Source: Lama glama
Taxonomy: Eukaryota
NCBI GenBank assembly: GCA_028534125.1
Contig: CM052819.1
Location: forward strand, 94,550,001 to 94,614,000
DNA length: 64,000 bases
Direction: 5' to 3'
Shown: piece by piece, positions 23,086-36,690 of the stretch
Position numbering within the stretch: the stretch's first letter is position 1
Layout: every line of letters begins with the position of its first letter
Translations under genes and position numbers: made by a program
Notes under the pieces: generated by a model
Seen by the model: the letters and a program-made list of their open reading frames with translations, nothing else
The model's database searches: none
What the model was told of the DNA's origin: nothing

Positions 23086-25109
23086 ATAAGTTTTATTTTT
23101 TTAATTTTACAGTCCATTCTTATAGCCTCCAAAATTCCTTTGCTCTCTATCCTTATATACAAAACTTATTCAACTCTTCCCCAAAACCTACATCCCAAGG
23201 TCTCATCAGTTATTGTCTCCTGCTCAAAGAACAGAATCCCTAGTTGATGTGTGGTAGATTACTAAATAAATTAAAATATGGGGTCAAATGGGCCAAATGA
23301 CTGTTCATAATATTTTGGTGTCTCTAAAAATAAGAAATATTACAACTATATGAATCCAGGCTAGGTTGTGAATACTTGAGGATATTTGTAGATTTTTACA
23401 GCTTGTAGTAAACTTGAGGTTTGAAAATTATGTCAGTTAGAAGATTTTCAGAATAATTCTTTAAAAAGTTATAGTTAAAAAACAATGAAAAAATATCAAT
23501 AACACCAAGAAGAGATAAGAATAAAATATTAACAGAAGGAAATAGAAAAAAAAATAAATTGTTACATGTAGGAAGTCTTTCTTAGTTCCCTACCACTTGG
23601 TTTGTGAGATAATTGAGTTTAACTTAATTTGATTTTCCTTTCTTTTACCCCATAATGACCTATATGAATGTAAAGTTGCTAATATAATAGAACACTTTAT
23701 GGTGCTTTAAGCTTTTTATTGGTTTGTTTTGGTACCTCAACAGCTGAAATGGAATAGATGACTACATTAACTATTGTTTCTTATATACTTGCTGAAATGC
23801 GTGAGATGTTATTTTTGCCTTCAGGAATTCTTTAAGATTGAAGGTGGAGAAGAATAGCAGGATAACTAGTGAGTAATATTCTAAATTAGTGAAATGAACA
23901 CAGTTAACACTGATTCATCTGTGACTCTTATAAACCCTAGCTGGAAACAATGCCATGCAATGGGAAATGTACATGACGACTGCCTTGATTTCTTCTTTAG
24001 AATGAGAAGGGGTTAAACTAACCCATCAATAAACAGAAGTCATCAGTTCACTCACATTATTGAATATAATGCAAATAAAAGATGCATTTGTATTTTCAAG
24101 GTATTACACATCAGTGTATAAATAGAACATAATAAAATAGTTTATGTATTTTTTGAACAAAATTAAACAGATTTGTTAACTATCATCTTATATAATTACG
24201 AAGGATGCAAACAAACTTACTATGTGGAAGTACCTTAGAGATACCACTTAGACAGAATTAGAATTCAGTAAAGACTGGATTTGAATATACTATCTCCATT
24301 TGGAAGTTATTAAAAGTTATTGAAGTTATTAAAATTCCCCATCACAGTTCTCTTCTCTATATTATATATCTCATGAAGTATAGTAATTTGACAAGACTTG
24401 TTTCTTTCCTGTATGCCTTCATATATTCCACAGTGGCAAAGTGTTTCTTAACTTGGGAATTTATGACCATTGTTAAGAATATATGAGACAGATGAATCCC
24501 TCATTCTATTTTTTAAAGCAAACAAAAAACTCTAGGTAGATGGATCAAATATATGTATACATGTACTATACATGTACACATACATAGACACATACATACA
24601 TGAAGACTAAAGAAATTTACCATATAGGACTATAGTTTCTTATCATAATGCCACAGAGTGCAACAAATGGAGCCATCCACATGTTTGGGCTGAATTTTTT
24701 CTGTGGGTTTCAGTTTGTTCTTGTCCCAGGAGATTCAGTCTGCAATCTGTGCTGTAATGCACACCTTTTAAAAACTTCTTCCTTTCTTCATTTCTTTCTT
24801 TAATCAGAGCATCATCACTAATACAATCACTGCATGTGCCCATTCAGAGCTCAGACCAGAAGTATCCATCCCTTGTGAACCGGATGATCTCAAGCCCACA
24901 AGTCAGGCTGAGGCAAAGCTTCATTCTTCTTACAAGCAGACACTAATTGAGTTTTTCTTTTGCTCTGAATGGTGGTTTATGCCCTGACTGTTTAATACTC
25001 ATCCTCTTTTTTGGAGAATATCTTATAGCAAGGCCCCTGCTGCCTGGCCCCTCTAAAGCAATTGTCTTCCTATTAACATAGTCCCTTAAGATTCCTTCAT
25101 GTCACATCA

Positions 25110-25260
25110 CACCGGATGTGTGTCTCTATATTTTTGTCTATTTCACCCACTAGAATTTGTGTTCCATGAGAGCAGAGATCTTTTCTGTTGGTTGTACCAT
25201 TGTCCCCAACACCTTACACTGAATGAGGGCTCAAGGAATCATCTGCTGATTAATGGATTA
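25110..25260 (+). mobile_element. L2 3' terminal fragment
   Basis: 'cactagaatttgtgttccatgagagcagagatcttttctgtt...gggctcaaggaatcatctgctgattaatgga'. Confidence 0.7.
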
Positions 25261-26569
25261 GCATCACTGCTAATGTAACTTTACTCAGAGGTACTCAGTG
25301 AGTTTGCCTAATTAGTGAGCCAGCCCTTTTTGTAAGCCATACTTTATCTTCTCTGGGAATTTAGTAGGGTGTAAATTACAGAGGAAATTCCAAGGGGGCA
25401 AGGTTTTTGTAGCACCGTATCAATGTTGGCCTCTAGTAAGGGCAGTTGTAACCTCCTAGGAAACAACCATCACCTTAAGGCACTTCTCTAAAGAATTCAA
25501 GGTGTACTGAAAACCATTTCCAGCACTCACGGTGACCAGCGCAGTAATTGTGCTGATTACCGGCCACTTAGTCGAATCCATCATATAGTTCAAAAAAACA
25601 ATATCCTTTAGCAACTGCTCATGAATTGTGTATCTTCAGGGAACTTCTGATACTGAGAACCTATGATATCTTTCATTAAAGCAGACTGGTAGCCATGAAA
25701 TAAAAAGAACTTAGGTTCTGACCTTTAGTAATAAAAGTGAGCTTGGTTTTATTTTCTTTGATAAAACTTTCACAAACCATTTGGAGAAAAAAAATGATGC
25801 CTGTTTATTAGTCAATAAATATAACTCTGGATACCTGACACAATGTACCCAAGAGTGCTCAGATATTCTTAAAATGTGATTTTTTTTCTGTCACAAATTC
25901 ATGAGATGCTGCTTGGAACACTCAAGTTTGGCTAATGCAAGGTTCTTTGATGAGGTAATACAGATCTGGAAAGTGTCACCATGGAAAAAAGGGATCTCTC
26001 CAATCTTTCACTATGAGAAAGTCAGTGTTTTAGACATGATGTTCCCTTCTTTTGAAGGAACATATTTCAAATAGTGGAAAAGAAACTGCTGTTTCAGATT
26101 TGTTTCTAAAACACTTTAATATTTTACTTCAATTTCTGTATGATGTGTCTATGGTTAAAAGAATATTAGGGTTGGGGTTAGCAATGCAACTGTCGGTTTG
26201 GGGTTGGCGAGATAGAGGTTTTTCCTTCCTCTGGGAATGAGAGATGCACTGTTGGAATTAAAAATGTTATAATCTGCACTAAATATAAGAAAAAATAATT
26301 TTCCCTTAGCACATGCATTTCTGTTTTGGCAGACAAATTTTTATCAGGCATGTCTACTGTTTTGATTAAAACCATCTGACAGCCCTCAGTTATAGCTGTC
26401 AAAAGGAGAAAAAAAGATGCATCATTTCCAAAAGTACCTTCTGTAATTTTAGAAGACCAGGATCCTTCATCTTCAGAAATAAATGTCAAGTAGCATAGTT
26501 GTTCTGTGAACCTCCTAGTATAGTACTTCCCACTGGGATAAATATTTTTCTGGAGCAGTAAGTCTGTAT

Positions 26570-26830
26570 ACCTTTTTTTCTGAAAACCCCTTTACACTCC
26601 TGATAATTTTAAAACACAAAAAATACACAAATATCCCATTCTGTCACCACCCCAAGTGATGACATCATCACATGTCATGTAACCTCTGGAAAACTCCACT
26701 ATACACTTGCAAGAGAATGAGAGTGAAAAAGGCAATTTACGTCTTAGCATTATTTAAAAAAGAAGCATGTCCTCATAGATCTACTGAAAAGACCTACAGT
26801 GGTTTCAGAACCATACCCTGAAAAGAGTGT
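26570..26830. mobile_element. hAT-Charlie DNA transposon fragment (MER119-like)
   Basis: 'acatcatcacatgtcatgtaacctctggaaaactccactatacacttgcaagagaatgagagtgaaaaaggcaatttacgtcttagcattatt'. Confidence 0.75.
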
Positions 26831-28169
26831 TATTAATTTGTTAAAGAAAGTCTAAGGGATTGACTAGAAGGCAGGATTTGAGAATTGCTCAATGTTACTC
26901 TCTACTTCAACTTAGTATAACTAAACTATAATTAATATATTACTAACTAGGGAGCACTATTTGGCAAAGAATTTAATCCAATATCATATATCAGTACATT
27001 TGTTCACCTTCTTCCAAAATTAGTATATATTTTCTTCCTGAATAAGTTCTTTTTTTGTTGTTACTAGCAAAAGCAAATATTTAATTGAATAAAACCCCAT
27101 TTACTTAAATTCTTAATAAATTAAGTAATTAGCCTTGCCATTTGACTATTAGTTCATGTTTCTTTATCACAAATACTGATTCTAGGCAATCTTAATTAAA
27201 TATATTCTGTTGGAAACTCTAGATTGTTCTCAAAGGTATTTAGATCTGTTAGGGAAAGTAGCTAAGTACAGAAATAACTATGACACAAGAGAGATTATGT
27301 TCGGCACATATCACCTTTACTATCAGGGAAAGCTTCAAGAAGGAGTAAAGTGTTTAATGTGAGCTATGTTGCTCATGCAATAAAATGGATGCAACTTAGT
27401 AGTTCTTGTAAGGAATTTGCATTCCCATGAGTGATCTTCGTGACTCAGACTTCTTACACCCTGAAAGACTCATTCTCACAAGAGACATCGGAAATAGACA
27501 ATGAATTTTCTATTTAAATTTGTTTTCCTTAGATTGTTTAGATAATTATAGGAAATAGTAGAGATGTTTTGAAATGTCTTTCCCTTAGGTACAAGAGATT
27601 GATTTAATTTAGGGCTGGGACTGAAAGTCTGAATTCAGACAATACTCATCCTTAATCAGTATGTTACTCAGACAATTCAGGTGATATGAAACAAATTTCA
27701 TTTGGCAGAGAGCTCAAAGGATCTTTATTTGAGCCACACCCAAGAATAATGCAATAAATAGTTTCTAAAGAAACTTATTATGAGAAGAAGGTATCCAGCA
27801 TTTCTAACAAAGATGTGAACTAAAATATTTTCTTGAGGTGTATGCACAGATTATTACAGACTGTACTTCAATCACAATCAGGTAAGAAGATGAGAACTTG
27901 TGGAGATTCAAAACTTATCTACCTTTAAGTTTGTTTGTTTTAAATAAAATGACTATCCATTTAGGAAATTATCTTTAAAAAGTCTGTATCATTTTGATAT
28001 ATCTTTTCTAAACAGATTGGTTTAAATTTATAGAAAATGTAATACATTTGAATCTTTAATGAAACACAGAATGTTATAAATATTCTAAAAGAAATTCAAC
28101 ATGTGCTTATTATGTATATAATGGACAACAGTTGGTCTAGACTACAGTCACATTGTACTTTGAGTTTAG

Positions 28170-28360
28170 ATGTGTTTTTATTATACATTTTCATTGAGCC
28201 TCATAGCTTCATTGAAATGGAGGTACTATTAGTATCAGTCCTATTTTTAGTTTTGAGGAGACTTATGTTAAATCACTCAATTTTCCTGAGCCTAAGTCAT
28301 AGAGCAGGAGGACCCAGGTCCTTACTTATACTGACTCTTTTGTCAGTATGGTCTTTCCCA
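28170..28360 (-). mobile_element. MIR SINE, antisense
   Basis: 'ttcattgagcctcatagc...ggaggtactattagtatcagtcctatttttagttttgaggagact...gacccaggtc'. Confidence 0.6.
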
Positions 28361-29049
28361 TCACACCACAACTTTGTCTACATGGGGTGACCAATATACC
28401 ATCCTTTCTCGTTCTTTTATGCCCTTGGGAAATAAAGGATTAAATGTTGTTTAACTTCATCAGTAGCCTTATCCAAACCTTAGCACTCTCCTGAAATCTC
28501 TTGTTAACTTGCTAATAACTCATCTTTTATTTTTTTTTTTTCATGGCAAATGTTTGTGTTCCATAACTGGACATCAATAAGTTTAAAGTGAAAATGAAGT
28601 AGAAAAGTGACTTAAGATACATTCACATTACAATACAGTAAGTAAATAACAAACAAATCAACCAGAATAAATCCATGATGGTAGGACAATAGCAGAACAG
28701 CAGTTTTAGACAGGGGACTGCACCCTTCCAGTACTCCAAATATACCTGGATAAATTAAGAATCTCTCTCTTCCCCAGGTGAGAACCTGCCTGAGCTAGTC
28801 TGAGATTTTCATCATCCAAGAAAATTCCATTCTAGAAGACAGACTAGATAACTCTGAGATGCCCATCCAAAATTACCTTAGAGTGCAGATAATCTATCAA
28901 GATTTAATTATATGTTTTGACTGACTGCTTTGACTAGTTTATACCCAATGAAATTGCCATTAATTTTATTTCAATATCACTTTGATAATTTCATATATTT
29001 CAACATGATATCCTTCCTCCTTGTACATGAAACAATAAAGTATTTTCAT

Positions 29050-29265
29050 TAAGGGTATGAACTTTGGGGTTCAAAGACCTTCATTCATATGTAGTCACGT
29101 ACTTGCCCATGCTAATGAGGGCAGGTCAATTAACTCTCTAATGGACATGATTGTAACAGAGACAGGCCTTATAAACTTGTTGAAGATTGACTGCAACTAT
29201 GAATATCTTTTTATTTAGCACAGTCCTAGATACCATAGTAGTACCCAATAAATAATAGATATTGT
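29050..29265 (+). mobile_element. MIR SINE
   Basis: 'taagggtatgaactttggggttcaaagacct...gggcaggtcaattaactctct...ttagcacagtcctagataccatagtagtacccaataaat'. Confidence 0.7.
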
Positions 29266-29854
29266 AGGGCTAATATTATTGCTGAACTCCTACACTCTAA
29301 CTTTGAGCCCTACCTAGCTTTCTTACTCAAAAAAACTTACTGATTACTTCTGATGAACCAGGACTGTACCTCCATTTTTTTACCTTATTCTTGTCATGGT
29401 TAGTCATACAGTGCCTTCTATACTTGGTGTTCTGAGGATACCTACTTGCATGAACTTGGTTAGTGCTGATACCAGAATTTGGTCATTAAACCTATAGCTC
29501 TTCATGCCAAGAAATCTCGGTCCCATTTGTGACTTAGAAGGTAGACCCACCTTTACACTTGGATTCATACACACGAGTTTTGGAAACATTTACAAATAAT
29601 TTTGCTTTTGAGACAATATGAAGAGAATATTTTCAGTACTCTATAATAAAATTAGGTGTAAAATATAATATATGTTACTCCCCAGACCTCACTGTTATTT
29701 ACTCCTGGCTCTGAGCAATCAAGATTTTATACTTGCTCTTCTACTAGTCTCCCAGACATTCTTTTGAAATTGTTCCTTCAAATTCACAAGCAGACTAGAA
29801 TCACCTTTCCTAGCCATTGACCTCTTCACGTCTTTGCTCTGACTGCTGTGCAGC

Positions 29855-29965
29855 CTCAATTATAAATTCCCTAGGGACAGCCTCTGCATTATTCACCTTT
29901 GCATTTGACTAGCACATAGTCTCGCATATTAAAAGCACCCAATACATATGTTAAATAGAACTGAC
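29855..29965 (+). mobile_element. L2 3' terminal fragment
   Basis: 'tataaattccctagggacagcc...ttattcacctttgcat...ctagcacatagtct...gcacccaatacatatgtt'. Confidence 0.6.
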
Positions 29966-30409
29966 ATTACCATTCAAATTATAAGTTATTACAAAAACAT
30001 GTTTGAAAATTTATACTTGCAACTGGAAACACTTAGGAAATGTCTTTGTTTGTTCATGTTAAATAGTAGAGCGTCTATTGGAAATGTTTTCAGGTCTCAC
30101 AGACCAACCATGACGTCCATTAATCCATTCAGTAGCTGAAATAATACTACCAGAAAAAAAAAATTCTCCCTGTGTGTCTCAGTACCCCTTCAATTCTGTC
30201 GAGTACTTGATGCCAGAACGTCTTGCCTCTAAGTCATGATTCTTTTGCTGGGTGGGGATACGGGTGGTTGCTTTAGTTGTTAGAAATTAAGGCTATATAA
30301 TTGCCAAGGAGCTTTGGTTGCACCAGGGGAAAAGTTCTGCAAGAGGAAAATTCCTCAAGTTCTGCTGTGTGTTTGTATTCACAAGAAGCATTCTGGTGGC
30401 TCAATCTGG

Positions 30410-30620
30410 GCTTCACAATATGGTAGCCAACAGTCACATATGACTACTTACATTAAAATTTTAATTAACTAAAATGAAGTAAAATGAAAACTTCAGTTCT
30501 TTAGTCATACTAAATGTATTTCTAGTGTTTATAGCTACGTGAGGCCAGGGCCTAGCAAATTGAAGAGTAGAGATATTGAGCATTTTTTCATCTCTTATAC
30601 TTCTATTGGACAGCATTAGT
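30410..30620 (-). mobile_element. MER3-like hAT-Charlie MITE
   Basis: 'caatatggtagccaacagtcacatatgactac...aaaacttcagttctttagtcatacta...ttctattggacagca'. Confidence 0.8.
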
Positions 30621-30807
30621 CCAAACAGTTATTGGTAGGAGAACAATTGGGTGTCAGAAGGGCAGGGACTAATGTGTAACTCACATTATCAGGGAGGGTC
30701 AGTATAGGATAGTCATGATCTCAGAAACGCCTTGGCAACTTCCAACTGTTGGATACATTAACATACCTCTCCCACCTGAAACTGAAATTCCAGCTTCTCT
30801 TTATTTA

Positions 30808-30872
30808 ATATCTATGTATCTATCTGTGTATCTATGTGTCTATCTATCTGCCCATCATCTATCTATCTATAT
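30808..30872. repeat. Degenerate (TCTA)n repeat
   Basis: tatctatgtatctatctgtgtatctatgtgtctatctatct. Confidence 0.8.
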
Positions 30873-31040
30873 TTGTTTATCATTAATAAGCAAACACAGA
30901 TTTCTGTTTCCAAAGCTAAAATATAATTAACATTTAAAAAGTATTCTTCTTTACATTCTCCCTCCAATACCTTTATAAGCAGATTATAGAATTTTCATTA
31001 CATTTGAAAGTACTTTATGTAGGTTTATCAATCAATCAAC

Positions 31041-31043
<3 letters not shown>

Positions 31044-31073
<30 letters not shown>
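31044..31073. repeat. Perfect (AT)n microsatellite, ~15 units
   Basis: atatatatatatatatatatatatatatat. Confidence 0.95.
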
Positions 31074-31075
<2 letters not shown>

Positions 31076-34000
31076 CAGAATCATAAGATAAAATCCTGAC
31101 TTTTGTTGATGTTTTTATTTAAAAGGCTGTCCATCTGGGGAATATTGCATAACTTATTATTATCTTGGCTTTCCCAGATAGAAGTGTAAATTTTGACTTA
31201 GCAAATCCCCTCTGCTGTTATTAGCAGGACTGCTATGAGGAAAAATAGCTCACAATTTTTGGTACTGAAATTTGAAAAATAAAAAGTTCACTTCCAAAAA
31301 GGAAGATATAATACTGGTTTTAATTTTTCAAGAAAATTATTTCCTGAGGTTTAAGTCCTCACCATTAACACATTTGAAAATCAAAACAATAAAAATCTCC
31401 CACCCCTCCTTACTTAGCTCATATTTTTACTTATATATAGAATCTTTTGAATAAGAGGAAATTGTGTCCTGTGAGTGACCTCAGGTTTTGGTAAATTACC
31501 TTCCTTCTATGTGAACTCTAAAACATGCATATAAATAAGAATGTGTATGAGCTTGCAAAGACATTACTGGCACTCAGCATGTTTCCTATGAAGTCACGTA
31601 TGCTTGAGACTAATGTCTAGCTGAATTTCACCCCACGGTTAGTAGAATTTCATGAAATATTTAGAATTTTATATCAGGGCTTTTAAATAGTTAATTTTTT
31701 AGGACACTAGGGACTCGACCATTTAAACATTTTTATTTGAAATGAGAGAATTGATCCGGCCGTTGGTCTAGAATGTGAATCTTGTCCTTTGCCTAGATTT
31801 CTTCTTCGAGTGGCTGCCCTGCTTACTCCGGGTTAATCAGAGTGTGTCTTCCTGATACAACCATGGATAACAGCCCTTCTTAGAGCTTTCATCTTTCAAC
31901 TTTTGTGCTTTGATCATCAATCATCTTTAAAAAATGTTGATACAGCAATGCTCAACTGACCATGCAGTCATCAGAAACAGAAGAAAACAACTGAGCCAAA
32001 GGCTAAGTACCTACCCAGTCTGTCGGTCTTGGTGGTAGTGGTGGTGGTGATGCTTATATATATATATCCCATATCCTGAAATACTCAACAATGGCGGGAC
32101 ATACTCTTGACTGTATATTATACATCTTAGAAATTCACTTAGGCCTAGAATTTCTGCCTTCAAAGCCAACTAAGTAAGATTTTTCTAAATGTTATTATCG
32201 ATTGTGAGCAAAATTTCCTTTAGATTATCTAGGTAGGATTACCTAGACGTTTAGGAGGAAAAAAAATTTCTTTGTTGGACTAGAAAAAATTCACCAGGCT
32301 TTTAATAATATTAAAAAATATATATAGTGTATTCAATTTCAAAGGGATGCTATACATTTTTTGGTTTTAACCCCAGAAGACTCTCTATCTTACATAACAG
32401 TCCGGTAGACTCCCAACATCTAAGTGAATTGGGTCATTGCAAAAGCTCAGCACTTTACGAGGTCACAAATGTCCCCCCTTCTTTCCCTCCTTCCTTTTCC
32501 CTTCCTTTTTTCCTTCTTTTTCTTTCACAGATGATATGTGTAGAATGTAAGAGACCTACTATATTTTTGACATCAAAGAATCAACCTTACAGATATGTCC
32601 ATTTATTAATTCTAAATTGTTCTTCTGTAACTAAGCAGAAAAACCTAATTCCTTTTTCATATGATTTTCTTCGATAGATATATCTAAAAAAATATATATT
32701 TATACTTATGTAGATCTCATCTCTCTCCCTTTTTTTCTCTTAGATAGATACCACTCCCCACCTCAGATAATTAATTAAAAAAATAATCACCAACATTGTT
32801 CCATGTGCCACCAGAGGCAATGAGTTCTCCAGGCTTGAATATTAAATTTGAACAAATATTAAATTTGACAAAATTTGAAACTTGGAAGATTCACTTCTCA
32901 CATAGTGGTGTCAAGTAGATTATCTTTATATTTTGTTTAGTTTCTAATTTTCCACTATTGTGCAACATCAGTAAGAGAATTATAATTCCCTCCCCCCACC
33001 AGTAAGTAGACAGAAATTTACATAGTTACTTGGTGTAAAACAGTATTTACTTCATAAGGATATTTTCAGGGATACATGAAATAATCTACAGAAAGTACTG
33101 AGCACACTGCCTGATATATAAAGAGTGTTTAACATGTATTAGTTATTAATGTAATTTTTTGCTAATTACTCTAAAATTAGGTTGCATAAGCTAAAGTCTA
33201 AGGAGTAGTTTTGTGACATCTAATTTCTTTGTGTTTCTGAAACACACACGATAGAGATTTCTGGCTACTGTGAACTTGTCTTAGCTGTGGCTGCATGGGA
33301 TGTGCACAGAAGCACAGCGATCTCATGGTATTGAGAAAATCACTGTGATTTCAGTGTTACATAGCGAGTGAATCAGGCGTGATCAAACAGTCCTGGAAAT
33401 ACCAGTCACTCCCATCAGCACACGCAGATTGATCTGTTTGTGGCCGGAAATAATGTACACGCTGTTCTTGAGACCACTTTATCTCCACAAAATACTGCTG
33501 TGGACCAGACAGTTTAATCCTTTCCGAAATGTGTGCTTTGGCTTGCACTCTGGGGAAAATAATATAGAGTTTAATAAATAGCTAATATTAAATCAAAGGA
33601 GGAGACAAAGAATGCTTCTCACGGTGTTACCTGGTTTATAATACATACTGACATGATCTCTGTTCCTTTATAGAGGCAGGTTCTTTGTTTAATATGTGAA
33701 CTTACTTATATATTTTAAAACATGTGGGCCATTTTAGAAACATTCTATTTGAGATTATGTTTTAACTTTTTATTCATGCGAATAACATTGAATTGCATAC
33801 ACAAGAGCATTTTTTTGGATTTCCTTTTCCTTTATTCTATGGTATAAAATTCCTCTTAGCAGTAGATGCTCTTGGTACTAACAGATCACAACTGCTGCCA
33901 AAGTCCTTCTTTATCCCTCAAGACAGAAGTGATAGGATACTTCTCACACTGAACTTCATCTTGACCTCGCTGTGCTGTCTACGTTGTGTTTATCTAACCT

Positions 34001-35560
34001 CTTTCAGAGGTGAATTCTCACACATTGGCTAACTGCTCTCCTATCATGAACTCTTTCTAATTTTGCTGTTAACATGAAAGATCATACTCCTTAACCCAAA
34101 GTTTTATCACATTCCTCAGCCAAGATATCATTGTAACACTCCCCTTTTCTGGTTATCAATTTTAATTTAAGATATTTAATCCTGACACAAACAGAAATGA
34201 AATCCCCTATTATTTGAAATCATGTGAGAAATATTCAGTGTTTTTCAACCATACTTAGAAAGAACAGTTTTCACATTTTATGCTGTAAGTAGGATGGAAT
34301 TCTGGGCCTTGCTTTTGAGACCCAAAGATTTGAATTAAAGTGATAAGAAATAGAAATGGATTTAAACTGAACACTGGTTGACTCCATACAGGAGGGAGAA
34401 AGTAGTTTCAAAACTGGGAGCTGCTGTCATGCGTTAATAATAATACGGAAAATGATACAATAACTCTAAATATAAAATTGTATTTTTACATATGCCCTAG
34501 AGTAGAAATATACAGGGATTACCAATGCCCAAGGATTAATCAGAGCAGAATTTACAGAGGATGTGAGCCCATTTGTACATATGGCAAGTAACAGGTTTGA
34601 GGAAAAAGTGGTGTTTCAGGTCTCCCGCCCGTGACTGGGTCAGTGTTTCGGCAACTCCACCACTCACCATCTGCTTGGGTTAGTGGAATAAGCAAAGCAC
34701 AAAATTAAGATAAGATCTTAGTTCACAAGGAGAAATAAGTTATTTTGTAGTGTTTGAAATCCAGACGTTGGCTCACAGTAGAACGGAAGCTAAAAGAAGC
34801 TAGTATTTGAAGGGTGCAGAAGTAAACTATTGAAGAATTAACAATTGGGGACTTTTCTGGTCATACTCTTATTTATACCATGCCTGATATAATCAAAATG
34901 TTTGGAGGGAGACTTTTAGATCCTATGAGTTGAAACTGTTGTTTATACTGCCATTAAAAAAAAATATCTATTTCAACTTACATGTCAAGGTGAAAGAAGA
35001 GCGTAGCTCAGACTCCTTTGGCATCTCCAGAGGTAAGAACAGTACTGATTAAGTCTCAGTTTTATATCCTTTGGCAATTTTACAGAAGGAGCTGAAACAA
35101 TTGAACTAAACATAGGAAAGAGGTGGAAAGAAGAAAAAAAATACAGTAAAAAAATTCCTGAGGAGTGATTTGGAGAGGGATGGTGGTGATAATGACATTA
35201 TATTTGGTGTATTTTTTTAGCATCTACTGAGTCAGTTCTACACTTCACAAATTCAGTTGAACTTTCTATATGTGTGAGTCTAATCTTGGCAAATCAATTC
35301 ATATGCACAAACCTTGCAGAGTCTCTGGTTCAGGGGTGACTATGACCAATAACCTGTTTTCATATCTCAGAGGCTGAACACTCCTCATTCACCCCATAGA
35401 AGGCCTACTGTGTGCTGGGCGTTGTTTTAGGCCCTTGGGATGAATGGCTAACAAACAAAGGAAGCAAACTTGACTTTTTAAAGCTTGCGTGGTAGTGAAG
35501 GGTGGCAAGGTGAATTAAAAACAGAAACAAGCAAGTTACACAATAGCTTAGAAACACTTT

Positions 35561-35770
35561 ACTGGCACCAGGGAACCTTTGGGGGAGACGGTAAGTACTT
35601 ACTGTGGACTGTGCCCTGTGAAGTTGTGCTGGGTCAGTGGCATCCATGGTGACTAGGGGACCACGTGGCAAAGATTCCTACAGACAATTTGAAGCCGAAG
35701 AGGAATACTGATCTTATTCCACGAGTACACATTGTTTTTAATTAACGGTGTTTTAATTAATAGTGGAAAA
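35561..35770. repeat. Diverged direct-repeat copy of 36474-36731 (LTR end plus flank)
   Basis: Shared collinear blocks: actg.cacc.g.gaa.ctttgggg.aga.ggt.agta; cctgtgaagttg; tggtg.ctaggg.accacgtg.caaag; tactgatcttattcc; cacattgtttttaattaa; gtggaaaa. Confidence 0.85.
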
Positions 35771-35774
35771 ATAG

Positions 35775-36030
35775 AAATGGCCAAGGGGACTGGGTGCAAG
35801 GCAGAGGGGCAGAGGGGAGGACAGCAATTTCAAATGGAATGGTCTGGGTAGGTTTTATAGAGGTGACTTTCAAGCAAATCTCAACCCATATTATTGACCG
35901 CCAAACATATTTTAGCTTGTGAGCATACATGATAAACAAAATAATCTTTCTCCTCTGCTTATATTCTAGCGGAGGAGATAGGCGATAATAATGAAAAATT
36001 ACGTAACGTATCCAGTGATGGGGATGCCAG
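35775..36030 (-). mobile_element. L2 fragments, antisense
   Basis: 'caatttcaaatggaatggtctgggtaggttttatagaggtgactttcaagcaaa' and 'gcttatattctagcggaggagatagg'. Confidence 0.6.
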
Positions 36031-36089
36031 AAGGTAGAGCATAATCAGAGTGGGTACTCTTTCTGATAATACTGACTGTGAGGCTTTTA

Positions 36090-36690
36090 TGTAGGGGGGT
36101 CCTTAGGCAGCAGACCCTAATTCATATGATTCCTCAGCGTAGGACTTGAAGAAAGCAGATCTCTGGCAAATTGTATGCTCTAATACTTCCTTAGGGAGAA
36201 TAATCTGAGGGAAGGGTGTTCAGGGAGAAGGAGAGTGAGGGCGGGAAGGAAGGCAAGTGACTGAAAAGGCTTGTTCTTGATCTGGCTACCATCTGTGATC
36301 AGACACATCCGGGACCATCATCTGAGAGGCATTTGGGAGACAAGGGGAAAGCATTTACCTGTCAGTGCAGTGTCTTACTTGTGAAAGTTATACCCTCGGG
36401 TGTGTTAACAAGATGGCACTTCTGGGCCATTTCTTTGTAGGCTCTAAGGTGGTCCCATGGTATCTTGTGTCTCACTGACACCGGTGAAGCTTTGGGGTAG
36501 ATGGTGAGTAGGGACACATGGAGCTCAGGCATTAGGCAACTCACTGTGACCTGTACTCCTGTGAAGTTGGGAGGAAAATCTGCAGAGTTCATGGCCTCAG
36601 TGGTGGCTAGGGTACCACGTGACAAAGGTCCCTGTAGACAGGTGAAGCTGAGAGGATCTGATGCAGTGCAGAAGCAAGGGGTACTGATCT
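36090..36690 (-). mobile_element. ERVL solo LTR (LTR16-family-like)
   Basis: 'ggagaaggagagtgagggcgggaaggaaggcaag', 'ggggaaagcatttacctgtcag', 'gaagctgagaggatctgatgcagtgca'. Confidence 0.6.

Noticed and set aside
22606-23247. Long ORFs (up to 177 aa) here and at 38271-38549 and 49564-49875
   Set aside because: They are open only because N-runs translate as X; the real residues are L1 relics.
32228-32247. 8-bp hairpin tctaggta-ggat-tacctaga
   Set aside because: Within chance expectation for a 64-kb AT-rich window.
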